This document shows, piece after piece, positions 37,398 through 47,663 of a stretch of 64,000 bases of DNA. Origin of the DNA: an uncultured Solirubrobacteraceae bacterium (GTDB lineage: Bacteria > Actinomycetota > Thermoleophilia > Solirubrobacterales > Solirubrobacteraceae); assembly GCA_964588985.1 (NCBI GenBank), contig CAZPQW010000001.1, forward strand, positions 96,001 through 160,000, given 5' to 3'. How positions within the stretch are numbered: position 1 is the first letter of the stretch; the number at the start of each line of letters is the position of its first letter. The notes under the pieces were generated by a model. It ran no database searches, was not told where the DNA came from, and worked only from the letters and a program-made list of their open reading frames with translations. Made by a program: the position numbers and the translations under genes.

Positions 37398-38583
37398 GGG
37401 AACGATCGTCGCGGAGGAGATCTGGAAGCGCTTTCGCATGGACGAGCGCCCGACCTACCTGCAGGATCGGCTCTCCGGCGTCGGCGATCGCCTGCGCGGG
37501 CGGCAGGCCGACAGCTGGCGCTGGGCGCTGAACGACGTCAACCTGCGTGCCGAGCCCGGCGAATCGTGGGCGCTGGTCGGCGCCAACGGAGCCGGCAAGT
37601 CGACGCTCTTGAAGATCGTCTCGCGTGTCATGTACCAGACGGCCGGCCGTCTCGACATGGCCGGACGGGTCGGCGCGCTGATCGAAGTCAGAGCCGGGCT
37701 CACTCCGCTGCTGACCGGTCGCGAGAACATCTACCTGACCGGCTCGATCATGGGCCTGCGCCGGCGCGAGGTCGCCCAGCGCTTCGACGAGATCGTCGCG
37801 TTCGCCGAACTGGAGCGCGCGGTCGACCGTCAGGTCAAGTACTACTCGTCCGGCATGCAGATGCGGCTCGGCTTCTCGGTGGCCGCCCACCTGCAGCCCG
37901 ACATCCTGCTCGTCGACGAGGTCCTGGCGGTCGGGGACGCGAGCTTCCAGCAGCGCTGCCTGGACCAGATTCGCGCGGTGCTGAACGAAGGCACCACGCT
38001 GCTGTTCGTCTCACACGACCTGGCCGCGGTGGAGGCCACCTGCGCCAACGGGATCTGGCTGCACAACGGCGAGGTGCGCACCAGGGGGCCGATCCGCGAG
38101 GTTCTGTCCGCCTATCGCGGCGCCGTCGAGGGCGACGCCAAGGCCCGCGCCGACATCGAGGGGCTGATCAAAGTCACGAACGTCGAGGCGGTCTCCCCCG
38201 ACGGAGGGCTGGCCAAGACCGGCGGGCAGCTCGACGTCAAGCTCACCATTCACAGCGACGCGAGCCATCGAGCCTGGATCTACCTCGGGGTGACCGAGGG
38301 CGCCGCCACGCCGATCTTCCTCCTGAACCCGGGACGCGAGGTGCTGCTCGAGCCGGGCGAGACCCAGGTGATGTGCACGATCCCGTCGCTGCCGCTGCCG
38401 AGCGGACGCTTCTACGTGTGGGGTGGGATCTACAAAAACTGGACCCAGGGCGACGAGCTGATCGGCTGGCAGCCGCTGACGGAGTTCGACGTCTATGGAC
38501 CCGAGATGGATGCGGCCCCGCGCGCGGTTGTGCGCCTGTCGCCGATCCACGTCGACTCGAGCTGGGAGATCGAGGGGGCCTGA
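37390..38583 (+). CDS. wzt: ABC glycan flippase ATPase with C-terminal Wzt_C domain
   Basis: GANGAGKST, LTGRENI, YSSGMQMRLGF, DEVLAVGD, VSHD, plus beta-rich C-terminal domain. Confidence 0.92.
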   Translation: MREGTIVAEEIWKRFRMDERPTYLQDRLSGVGDRLRGRQADSWRWALNDVNLRAEPGESWALVGANGAGKSTLLKIVSRVMYQTAGRLDMAGRVGALIEVRAGLTPLLTGRENIYLTGSIMGLRRREVAQRFDEIVAFAELERAVDRQVKYYSSGMQMRLGFSVAAHLQPDILLVDEVLAVGDASFQQRCLDQIRAVLNEGTTLLFVSHDLAAVEATCANGIWLHNGEVRTRGPIREVLSAYRGAVEGDAKARADIEGLIKVTNVEAVSPDGGLAKTGGQLDVKLTIHSDASHRAWIYLGVTEGAATPIFLLNPGREVLLEPGETQVMCTIPSLPLPSGRFYVWGGIYKNWTQGDELIGWQPLTEFDVYGPEMDAAPRAVVRLSPIHVDSSWEIEGA

Positions 38584-38611
38584 ACCGGCCTCTGGGCCGC
38601 CGAGGCCGGTT
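38583..38611. terminator. Hairpin between convergent wzt and kamA-like genes
   Basis: AACCGGCCTC-N9-GAGGCCGGTT, perfect 10-bp stem. Confidence 0.6.
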
Positions 38612-40019
38612 AGGTGACGATCGCCGGAGCTTGCGCCGGGTGCGCGCCGTCGGGCGTCTCACCCGAGCTCGCGATCTCGGCTTCCCACCACGCCTGCCCG
38701 GCCGCGGGGAGCTCGTGGATCGGGTCGTAGTACTCGAATCGCCGCATCAGCGCTTCCGGATCCTCCGCGTCGACCGATGTGAGGTAGTTCTTGGTCCAGT
38801 AGGAGATCCCGCGCTCGCGGTCGTAGTCCACGATCTGGTCGACCCAGCGCTTGCCCACGTAGGGCACGTCGCACACGAGCCGCGGCGTGGCGAAGCCCGG
38901 CAGGTAGCCCATGATCGCGCGCTGGAGTTCCTGCGCCTCGGCGACCGACAGGCGCCAGTGCTCGGATGCGGGGATCATGTCGCAGAGGTAGAAGTAGTAC
39001 GGGAGCACCCCGGCGCCGTCGAGCACCGCGAAGCACAGGTCCAGCAGCGCGTCCGGTGTCGAGTTCACTCCCCGCAGCAGCACGCCCTGGTTGCGGATGT
39101 GACGGACTCCGGCTTCGGTCATCGCCTTGGCGGCATCGGTGAACGTCTCCGTGACCTGCGACGCGACGTTGATGTGAGTGTGAATCGCGAGGCTGATGCC
39201 GCGGTCGAACGCCTTCGTGGCCACGCGCTCCACGCCGCTGCGCATCTCATCGGTGAGCCAGTGTTGCGGGAGTGACATCAGGCCCTTGCTCGCGAGCCTG
39301 ATGTCGCGGATGTTCTCGATCTCCATCAGGCCGTCGAGGAACGCCTCCAGACGTGGCCACGGCAGGTTGGTGAGGTCGCCGCCCGATACGACCACGTCGC
39401 GGACGGTGGGCGTCTTGCGCAGGTACTCGAGCATCTGCTCGCGCCGGTCGGGGGCCTTGGTCGTGAAGTGCTGTTTGGTGACCTGCGGCGTGGAGGGCCC
39501 GACGAGGTCCATGCGCGTGCAGTGCCCGCAGTACAGCGGGCAGGTGGTGACCATCTCCGCGAGCACCTTCGTGGGATAGCGGTGTATCAACCCCTCGACC
39601 GCCCACATCTCGGCCTCGTGCAGCGAATCGCGCGACGCGCGGGGGTGGGTCGGCCAGCGCGGATGCCGATCGGACGCGGCGGGCAGCACGTAGCGGCGAA
39701 CCGGGTCCGCGTAGAGCCCTTCGGTGGAGGGGACCTCTTCGGGCACCATCGTGTTCAGCACCTGGGGCGTGATCAGGATCGACATCGTCGCGTGGGTGGC
39801 CTGGTCGCGCTTGACGTCCTCGTAGAAGGAGTCCTCTACGAGGTCGCCGAGCACGGTGCGCAGGGCGCGAAGCGTTTTGATCGAGTTCGTCCGCTGCCAG
39901 CGCACGTCGCGCCACTGCGCCCTGGTGACGTCGCGCCAGCCTGGGAAGCGCCGCCACTCCGGCTCGACCGGCTCGAAGCGACGGTAGTGATACGGCTGGC
40001 GAGCGGGTGTGTCGCTCAT
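38610..40019 (-). CDS. KamA-family radical-SAM 2,3-aminomutase (lysine/arginine)
   Basis: HRYPTK, CPLYCGHC, SGGD, NQGVLLRGVN, PYY, DVPYVGK; ATGA-coupled to terminal NRPS. Confidence 0.9.
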   Translation of the reverse strand: MSDTPARQPYHYRRFEPVEPEWRRFPGWRDVTRAQWRDVRWQRTNSIKTLRALRTVLGDLVEDSFYEDVKRDQATHATMSILITPQVLNTMVPEEVPSTEGLYADPVRRYVLPAASDRHPRWPTHPRASRDSLHEAEMWAVEGLIHRYPTKVLAEMVTTCPLYCGHCTRMDLVGPSTPQVTKQHFTTKAPDRREQMLEYLRKTPTVRDVVVSGGDLTNLPWPRLEAFLDGLMEIENIRDIRLASKGLMSLPQHWLTDEMRSGVERVATKAFDRGISLAIHTHINVASQVTETFTDAAKAMTEAGVRHIRNQGVLLRGVNSTPDALLDLCFAVLDGAGVLPYYFYLCDMIPASEHWRLSVAEAQELQRAIMGYLPGFATPRLVCDVPYVGKRWVDQIVDYDRERGISYWTKNYLTSVDAEDPEALMRRFEYYDPIHELPAAGQAWWEAEIASSGETPDGAHPAQAPAIVT

Positions 40020-43000
40020 CGTCCGCTCGCTCCGTTCACGGTCCCGACCGGGTGCGCGACGCCGTTTCCGTTGCCGTTGGTCTTCTGCGCGGGCTGCGCG
40101 GCGCCGCCCGCCGCGTCCATCGCCGCTTCGAGCGCGGGAGCGAGATATTCGATGAGCGTCGGGGCGCCGTTGCCTTTGGTGATGTTCTCGTGCGTCATGT
40201 CCGGCCCGACGACCTGGTGGAGCACCACGCCTCCACGTGCAATCGGGTGCCACGGCGTCGGCTGGTCCCCGGGAGCCGTCTGCGGGCGGAAGTAGTCGAT
40301 GCGCACGTCGGAGGGCGGCGGCGAGTACATCTTCGCCGCGTGGCTCGAGGCGACGTGCACGAGGTTCCACGGCCGCCGTGGCGCCGGCAGGCCGGTCTTG
40401 CGGAGCACGTTCAGCGCGTAGTGGCCGCTGCGGAAGTAGAGCCTCGACCTGAGCCGCACCAGGCGATCGCGAACCCACACGGCTCGCTCCCTGAGGCCGC
40501 CGTCTCGGAATTCTTCGAGCTTGATGCGCCGGTTCTCCTCCTTGCTGGGCCCGCGCGTGCCCCGCGGAAAGGCGTCGATCAGCGCGACCATCCCCAGCTC
40601 CTCACCCTGCTCGGTCAGCTGCCGCGCGATCTCGTAAGCGACCACGCCGGCGAAGCAGAAGCCGCCGAAGAAGTACGGGCCGTGTGGCTGCACGCCGCGG
40701 ATCTCCTCGATGTAGTGAGTGGCGAGATCCTCGATCCGCGAGAGCGGCAGCCGGCTGCCGTCGACCCCCGGTGCGTGCAGCCCGTACAACGGCACGCTCT
40801 CCGGGAAACCCTCGACGAGCGCGTGATATCCGATCAGCCTGCCGGCGACGACGTCGACCAGGAAGAACGGAGGTCGCTCGCCCTGCGTCCGCATCGGTAC
40901 GACCGACGCCCACGTCTGCTTCTGCGTCGATGAGCTCTGCTCGTCGATCATCCGCGCGAGCTCGGCGATCGTCGCGCTCTGGAACAGCGACGCGAGCGGC
41001 AGGCGGGCGCCGAGGCGATCCTCGATCATCGCGAACAGGCGCACCGCGAGCAGCGAGTGCCCGCCCAACGCGAAGAAGTTGTCGGTGACGCCGATCTCCT
41101 CGACGCCGAGGATCTCGCGCCAGATCGCCACGAGTTGACGCTCGCTCTCGGTGCGCGCCGCCACGAGCTCGCCGGCCTCTTCCGCGCGGTCGAAGTGCGG
41201 CTCGGGCAGGGCGTTCACGTCGACCTTCCCGTTGGGGGTCCGTGGCAGCTCGTCGAGCGGCACCCACGCGGTCGGGATCATGTAGCCCGGCAGCAGCTCG
41301 GCGGCGAACGCGCGCAGCTCCTCCGGGCCCGGCGACTCGCACGCGTCCGCCGGGACCAGGTAGGCGATCAGGCGCGGCGCGCCGCTCTCGTCCTCCCGGT
41401 CGGTGACGGCCGCGGCGCTGACACGGGGGTGACGTTCGAGCACCGACTCGATCTCGCCGGGCTCGATCCTGAAGCCGCGGATCTTGAGCTGGCGGTCGCT
41501 GCGTCCGATGAATTCGATCGACCCGTCGGCGAGCCAGCGGGCGAGGTCGCCGGTGCGGTACATGCGCGCGTCGGGCTCGTCGCTGAACGGATCCGCGGCG
41601 AACCGTTCGGCGGTCAGCTCGGGGCGGTTGAGGTAGCCGCGCGCCACGCCGACGCCGCCGATGCACAGCTCGCCCGGGATCCCGATCGGCTGTGGCTCGA
41701 GGTTGGCGTCGAGCACGTACACGCGCGTGTTCGGGAGCGGCTGGCCGATCGGGACGAAACGCCCCGGGGGGAGATCCGCGTCGGGGGCGGGCTCGAAGTA
41801 CGTGCTGTCCATCGTCGCCTCGGTCAGGCCGTAGGAGTTCACCAGCCGCGTCGCGGGGCCGAGCACGCGCTTGAACTGCGTGTACTTGTCGTTTCGCCAC
41901 GGCTCTCCGCCGATCGCGAGGAACTTGAGGAAGTCGATCGGCTTGCCCTCGCGCTCGGCGTAGTCGAACAGCATCGTCGCGGTCGCCGGCACGAGCTCGG
42001 CGGCGTCCACGCCCTCGCGGGCCATCAGCGCGTACACGCTCGCCGGGTCGAGCACGACGTCCATCGGGCACAGCACGAGCTTCGCGCCCGCCGGCAGCGC
42101 GCGGACGATGTCGCCGCTGAACACGTCGAAGGAGGGGCTCGCCATCTGCAGATGGGCGCTCAGCTCGCGGAGGCGGTACTCGCCCTCGTAAGCGAAGTAC
42201 ACGCTCGCGAGGCTGCGGTTGGTGATCATCACACCCTTCGGCTTCCCGGTGGACCCGCTCGTGTAGATCACATACGCGAGGTCCGCGCCGCCTGAAGTGG
42301 TCGGAGGATCGTCCTCCGAGGCGCCGTCGAGCGCTCCGGGCGCGTCCAGCGTGACGAGCGCCGCGTCGGTGTGCGGGAGCGGGCCCGCCACGAGGCTGTG
42401 GGTCACGAGCACGTCGGGCTTGGAGTCCGCGAGCATGAACTCCAGTCGGTCCGCCGGGTACATCGGGTCGAGCGGCACGTAAGCGCCGCCGGCCTTCATG
42501 ACGCCGAGCACGGTCGCGACGAGGTCCAGCGACTTCTGCATCAGGATCCCGACCAGCTTCCCCGGCTCCACGCCGCGCTCGCTCAGCAGGGAGGCAATGC
42601 GGTTCGCCTGCCGGTTGAGCTCCGCGAACGTCATCCGCTCCTCGCCGAGCACGACGGCTTCGGCGTCGGGTGTCCGCTTCACCTGCGCCTCGAACAGATC
42701 CTTGATCGAGTCGCTCGGCTGCGCCGGCGCCTGCGAGAACCCGTTCCACGACACGAGCACCTTCGAGCGCTCCGACTCCGACAGCATGGACAGCTGCGAC
42801 AGGCGCCGCTCGGCGCCGCTCGCCGCGCTTTCGGCGAGCGCCCGGAAGTGCTCCATCATGCGGTTGACGGTCGCCGGCTTGAACAGCTCGGTGCTGTACT
42901 CCCACGTCGTGTTCATGCCGAGCTTGCGCTCGCTGACCCCGAGCAGCACGTCGAACTTCGACCAGCCCTTCGCGTGCGAGATCTCCGTGCAGCGAATGCC

Positions 43001-44254
43001 CAGCGGTTCGAACCGCGGGCGATTGTCCTGCCACGCGGGGTTGTGGTAGACGATCATCGCCTGGAAGACGGGCGTCTGACTGAGGTCGCGCTCGGGGTTC
43101 GTGGCTCGAACGACCGTCTCATATGGCACGTCGGCGTGCTGGAAGGCGTCGAGCGTGGTGTCGCGCACGCGCATGAGCAGCTCGCTGAAAGTCGGGTCGC
43201 CCGACAGGTCGACCCGCAGCGCGAGCGGATTGATGAAGTAGCCGACCATCGATTCGAGCTCGGTCCGGTTGCGTCCGGCGAACGGTGTCCCGATCACCAC
43301 GTCGTCCTGCCCGGAGTAGCGCGAGAGCAGCGTCGAGAACAACGCGAGCGTCGCGACGAACAGCGTCGTGTCGTTGCCGCGCGCCGCCGCGTGCAGGCCC
43401 TCGCGCGACGGCATGTCGAGCATCATGCTCATGTGGTCGCCGAGGTAGGAGCGGATCGGCGGCCGCGGGAAGTCGGTCGGCAGATCCAGGCGCGAGGGCG
43501 CGCCCGCGAGCTTGCGCTTCCAGTAGCCGAGCTGCGCGTCGGCGACCCCGCCGTCGAGCCACTCGCGCTGCCACACCGCATAGTCGGCGTACTGGATGGG
43601 GAGTGTCGGCAGCGATGGCTCCTCGTTGCTCGCGAAGGCGTCGTAGAACACGCTCAGGTCACGGAAGAGGGCGGTGCGCGAATAGCCGTCGGTGGCGACG
43701 TGATGCAGGTTCAGCATCAGGATGTTCTCGTTGTCCGACAACTGGATCACGGTCGCGCGCATGATCGGACCGTTGACGAGGTCGAATGCGAACCGCGACT
43801 CGTCCTTGAGGATCCTCTGCGCCTCCGCCTCGCGCTCGTCAGAGGGTTGATCGCGCAGATCGACCACGTTCAGGTCAACCGGGGCCGTCGCTCCGATCAC
43901 CTGCATCGGTCGACCGTCGATCACCGTGTAGGTGGTGCGCAGGATCTCGTGCCGCTCGATCAGCGCCTCGAACGATCGTCTGAGGACATCGAGATCCAAA
44001 GATCCCTCGAGGTGAAAAGATCCCGGAGCGTTGTATGCGACGCCGTCGTCGAACACCTGGCTGAGCAGCCACAGGAGCTCCTGCGAGTTCGACAGCACGG
44101 ACGGGCTGTGAACCTCCCGGCGCGAGATCGCGTTGCGTCGCGCCACGTCCGTCCTGCGCTGCATCAGGCGCTGCTCGAGCAGCGCGCGCTGCGCTGGAGT
44201 CAGATTCTCGAGCCGCTGCGCTACGCGGGGATCCTTGCCACCGTCAACGCTCAT
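40016..44254 (-). CDS. NRPS termination module C-A-T-TE
   Basis: HHVATDG, YTSGSTGKPKG, manual code DVGEAGSMDK (Orn/Dab-like), GGHSL, TE GGFCFAG. Confidence 0.93.
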   Translation of the reverse strand: MSVDGGKDPRVAQRLENLTPAQRALLEQRLMQRRTDVARRNAISRREVHSPSVLSNSQELLWLLSQVFDDGVAYNAPGSFHLEGSLDLDVLRRSFEALIERHEILRTTYTVIDGRPMQVIGATAPVDLNVVDLRDQPSDEREAEAQRILKDESRFAFDLVNGPIMRATVIQLSDNENILMLNLHHVATDGYSRTALFRDLSVFYDAFASNEEPSLPTLPIQYADYAVWQREWLDGGVADAQLGYWKRKLAGAPSRLDLPTDFPRPPIRSYLGDHMSMMLDMPSREGLHAAARGNDTTLFVATLALFSTLLSRYSGQDDVVIGTPFAGRNRTELESMVGYFINPLALRVDLSGDPTFSELLMRVRDTTLDAFQHADVPYETVVRATNPERDLSQTPVFQAMIVYHNPAWQDNRPRFEPLGIRCTEISHAKGWSKFDVLLGVSERKLGMNTTWEYSTELFKPATVNRMMEHFRALAESAASGAERRLSQLSMLSESERSKVLVSWNGFSQAPAQPSDSIKDLFEAQVKRTPDAEAVVLGEERMTFAELNRQANRIASLLSERGVEPGKLVGILMQKSLDLVATVLGVMKAGGAYVPLDPMYPADRLEFMLADSKPDVLVTHSLVAGPLPHTDAALVTLDAPGALDGASEDDPPTTSGGADLAYVIYTSGSTGKPKGVMITNRSLASVYFAYEGEYRLRELSAHLQMASPSFDVFSGDIVRALPAGAKLVLCPMDVVLDPASVYALMAREGVDAAELVPATATMLFDYAEREGKPIDFLKFLAIGGEPWRNDKYTQFKRVLGPATRLVNSYGLTEATMDSTYFEPAPDADLPPGRFVPIGQPLPNTRVYVLDANLEPQPIGIPGELCIGGVGVARGYLNRPELTAERFAADPFSDEPDARMYRTGDLARWLADGSIEFIGRSDRQLKIRGFRIEPGEIESVLERHPRVSAAAVTDREDESGAPRLIAYLVPADACESPGPEELRAFAAELLPGYMIPTAWVPLDELPRTPNGKVDVNALPEPHFDRAEEAGELVAARTESERQLVAIWREILGVEEIGVTDNFFALGGHSLLAVRLFAMIEDRLGARLPLASLFQSATIAELARMIDEQSSSTQKQTWASVVPMRTQGERPPFFLVDVVAGRLIGYHALVEGFPESVPLYGLHAPGVDGSRLPLSRIEDLATHYIEEIRGVQPHGPYFFGGFCFAGVVAYEIARQLTEQGEELGMVALIDAFPRGTRGPSKEENRRIKLEEFRDGGLRERAVWVRDRLVRLRSRLYFRSGHYALNVLRKTGLPAPRRPWNLVHVASSHAAKMYSPPPSDVRIDYFRPQTAPGDQPTPWHPIARGGVVLHQVVGPDMTHENITKGNGAPTLIEYLAPALEAAMDAAGGAAQPAQKTNGNGNGVAHPVGTVNGASGR

Positions 44255-44423
44255 CGCGGTTGCCTCTCTTCGAGCCACGGTGAGAGATCCTTGGCCATCC
44301 GTGCCTCCCCCGCAACCTCGCTCACATGTCCTTTGCGAGCGGAAATCTTAGCATAGGAAATTCACATCGTCGGGAGACTCGTTGCCTCTCACATGGTGGA
44401 AAACACTCACGGTTCCCCATGGT

Positions 44424-47400
44424 CTAGTCAACTCCCTCGACCTCCGCCAACAGGGCGGAGAGCTCATCCTCGTCGGTCGCGCCGTACAGCTCAGCGGTGA
44501 TGATCGCCGCAAGCCCGCGGACCGTCGAGTGCTCGAACACGCTGTGCAGGAAAAGCTCGAGGTCGAAGGTCTCCCGCAGTCGCGAGAACATCTTCACCGC
44601 CAGCAGCGAGTGGCCGCCGAGATCGAAGAAGTCGTCGTCGAGCCCGACCCGCTCGACACCGAGGATCTCGCTCCAGATCGACGCGAGCGACTGCTCGACA
44701 GGAGTCTCGGGCGCCGCGTACGTGCGCTCCATCGCGGGTCGCGACCCGTCGGGCGGCGGCAGCGCCGAGCGATCGAGCTTGCCGTTCGCGGTCACCGGGA
44801 ACGCGTCTAGTGCGACGAACGCCGAGGGCACCATGAACGGCGGCAGTCGCGTCTTGCACAGTCGCCGCAGTTGCTCCGCGTCCACGGCGCGATCGCCCAC
44901 CGGCACGACGTAGGCCACGAGCCGTTGGTCGCCGGGGCTGTCCTCGCGCACGATCGCCACCGCCCCCGACACGTCCGGATGCCCGTCGAGGACGGCCTCG
45001 ATCTCGCCCAGCTCGATCCGAAAGCCGCGCAGCTTCACCTGCTGGTCGATCCGCCCGAGGAACTCGAGCGTCCCGTCCTTGCGCCAGCGGACGAGGTCGC
45101 CCGTGCGGTAGAGGCGTGCGCGGGCTCCCATCGAGAACGGGTCGCCCACGAACTTCTCCGCCGTCAGCTCCTCACGGTTGCGGTAGCCGAGAGCGAGTCC
45201 GTCTCCGCCGATCAGCAGCTCCCCGGGGACTCCGATCGGCACCGGCTGACGGTTGGCGTCGAGCACGTAGAAGCGCGTGTTGGCGATCGGCCCGCCGAGC
45301 GGTATCGGTCCCTCGCCCGGCTCCAGCTCCAAGATCGAGGACCACACGGTCGTCTCGGTCGGCCCGTACATGTGCCACAGCGACGCGCAGCGCGACTGCA
45401 GCTCCTCCGCCAGCGCGCGCGAGAGCGCCTCGCCGCCGCAGACGATCTTCAGCGCGGCGCTCCCCGTCCAGCTCGCGTCGACGAGCACCTGCCACGTGGT
45501 GGGCGTCGCCTGCACGAAGCTCGCCCCGGCGCGCGCGAGCCAGTCGGCGAGTTCCACTCCGTCGAGTGTCGCCTCGCGGGGGACGATCACGAGCCGAGCG
45601 CCGCTCGTGAGCGGCAGATACCAGTCCGGCACCGAGAGGTCGAACGCGGGCGTGGTCAGGTTCGCGACGACGTCGTGCTCCGACAGGCCCGGACGCTCGC
45701 GCATGTGGGAGACCAGGTTCGCGACCGAGCGGTGTGTGATCTCGACGCCCTTCGGCTGGCCCGTCGAGCCCGAGGTGTAGATCACGTACGCGCGCTGCTC
45801 CGGGTCGACCTCGACGCCGACCGGCCCCGCGGGACGTTCCTCGATCCTCGCGAGGTCGCGATCGACGCAGATCACACGTGCGCCGCGTGGGTCGACCGCG
45901 CCGAGGAGCCGGCTCTGCGTGATCAGCGCCGGCGCCTGCGCGTCCGCGAGCATGAACTCCTGGCGTTGAGGAGGGTATGTCGGGTCGATCGGCACGTAAG
46001 CGGCGCCCGTCTTGAGAACCGCGAGCATCGAGACGAGCAGGTCGACCGAGCGCTCGAGGCACATGCCGACGAGGCTTCCCGGCTCGACCCCCGCGTCGAT
46101 CAGCTCGTGCGCCAGCTGGTTCGAGCGCGCGTCAAGCTCGCCATACGTCAGCCGGTCGTGCTCGAACACGACCGCGATCGCCTCGGGCGAGCGCGCCGCC
46201 TGCTCGGCGAAGAGCTCGTGCAGGCAGCGGCGGTCGTACGGCTGCCTGGTCGCGTTCCAGTCGACGAGCATCGTCTGGCGCTCCTGGGCCGTGAGGATCG
46301 GCAGTCGCGAAAGTCGCTGCTCGGGGTCGCGCCCGACCGCCTCCAGCAGCGTCCGCAGGTGGCCGATCAGGCGCTCCACGGTCGAGCCGTCGAACACGTC
46401 GGTCGCGTGGCCGACGTTGAGGTGCAGGGCGCCGTCTGGCAGGTCGTGGGCGATGATCGACAGGTCGAAGCGCGCCGACTCCCAGCCCGGCACCGGAACC
46501 TGCTCGGCGTTCGCGCCGGCCAGTGAGCGCTGGCGCGTTCCCACGATGTCGTAGCCGAAGAGGACCTGGAAGATGGGGGAGTGGCTGCGCGCCCGCTCGG
46601 GATTGAGCACCTCGACGAGCTTCTCGAACGGCAGCTCCTGATGTGTGAGCGCACCCAGCATCGTCTCCCTGACGCGTTCGAGCAGCTCCGCGAAGCTCGG
46701 GTCCGCCGACAGATCCGTCCGCAGCGCGAGCGTGTTGGAGAAGAACCCGAGCAACGGCGCGATCTCCTCGTGGTGACGCCCCGACACCGGCGCGCCGACG
46801 ACCAGGTCCTCCACGCCGGTGTATCGGTGCAGCAGGACCTTGAACCCTGCCAGCAGCACCATGAACAGCGACACGCCCTCGCGCTGCGCCAGCTCGCGAA
46901 GCGGTGCGACCTCCTGCGCGGGAACGCTCGCCTCGTACCAGGAGCCGCGGTAGCTCTGCGCGCTCGGCCGGGGCCGGTCGGTCGGCAGCTCCAGCCGATC
47001 GGGCGCTCCCGCGAGTCGTCCGGTCCAGTAGTCGATCGACTCCGTCAGCGGCTCGCCGTCGAGATGGGCGCGCTGCCACCGCGCGAAGTCCGAGTACTGG
47101 ACCGCGAGCGGCGCCAGCTCGGGCTCGCGACCGTTCTCGATCGCCGTATACGCGGCATCGAGCTCGGCGAACAGCAGGCCCCCGGACTGGTGGTCGGAGG
47201 CCATGTGATGGAGCACCACCAGCAGCAGATCCTCGCCGTCGCGGACGTGCACGAGGGCGGCGCGCAGCAGCACGTCGTGGGCGAGGTCGAACGGGCGGCG
47301 GACGAGCTCGCCGAGGATCTCTCGGGCGTGGCCGTCGGGGTCCGGCAGCGACGCCCGCCGCAGGTCGGTGACCTCGAGCTCGAACGGCGCGGGTGGGCTG

Positions 47401-47663
47401 ACCTCCTGCACCGGCGCCCCGTCGATCAGCCTGATCGTCGTGCGCACTATCTCGTGCCGCTCGACCACGTGGTCGAAAGCGCGACGCAGCGTGTGCTCGT
47501 CGAGCGTGGCGGCGATCCGGTACAGGGTCGGGACGTTGTAGGCCGAGCTGCCCGGCATGATCTGGTCCAGCAGGAACAGCCGCTCCTGCGGGAACGACAA
47601 CGGCGCCGGACCATCGTCTGTGCGCCGCGTGATCGTCGTGGCGTCAGCGCGCGCCGCGCACAT
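44424..47663 (-). CDS. NRPS module C-A-T
   Basis: HHMASDH, manual code DLPQVGMVWK (Gly-like variant), GGHSL; start MCAARAD overlaps upstream stop. Confidence 0.92.
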   Translation of the reverse strand: MCAARADATTITRRTDDGPAPLSFPQERLFLLDQIMPGSSAYNVPTLYRIAATLDEHTLRRAFDHVVERHEIVRTTIRLIDGAPVQEVSPPAPFELEVTDLRRASLPDPDGHAREILGELVRRPFDLAHDVLLRAALVHVRDGEDLLLVVLHHMASDHQSGGLLFAELDAAYTAIENGREPELAPLAVQYSDFARWQRAHLDGEPLTESIDYWTGRLAGAPDRLELPTDRPRPSAQSYRGSWYEASVPAQEVAPLRELAQREGVSLFMVLLAGFKVLLHRYTGVEDLVVGAPVSGRHHEEIAPLLGFFSNTLALRTDLSADPSFAELLERVRETMLGALTHQELPFEKLVEVLNPERARSHSPIFQVLFGYDIVGTRQRSLAGANAEQVPVPGWESARFDLSIIAHDLPDGALHLNVGHATDVFDGSTVERLIGHLRTLLEAVGRDPEQRLSRLPILTAQERQTMLVDWNATRQPYDRRCLHELFAEQAARSPEAIAVVFEHDRLTYGELDARSNQLAHELIDAGVEPGSLVGMCLERSVDLLVSMLAVLKTGAAYVPIDPTYPPQRQEFMLADAQAPALITQSRLLGAVDPRGARVICVDRDLARIEERPAGPVGVEVDPEQRAYVIYTSGSTGQPKGVEITHRSVANLVSHMRERPGLSEHDVVANLTTPAFDLSVPDWYLPLTSGARLVIVPREATLDGVELADWLARAGASFVQATPTTWQVLVDASWTGSAALKIVCGGEALSRALAEELQSRCASLWHMYGPTETTVWSSILELEPGEGPIPLGGPIANTRFYVLDANRQPVPIGVPGELLIGGDGLALGYRNREELTAEKFVGDPFSMGARARLYRTGDLVRWRKDGTLEFLGRIDQQVKLRGFRIELGEIEAVLDGHPDVSGAVAIVREDSPGDQRLVAYVVPVGDRAVDAEQLRRLCKTRLPPFMVPSAFVALDAFPVTANGKLDRSALPPPDGSRPAMERTYAAPETPVEQSLASIWSEILGVERVGLDDDFFDLGGHSLLAVKMFSRLRETFDLELFLHSVFEHSTVRGLAAIITAELYGATDEDELSALLAEVEGVD

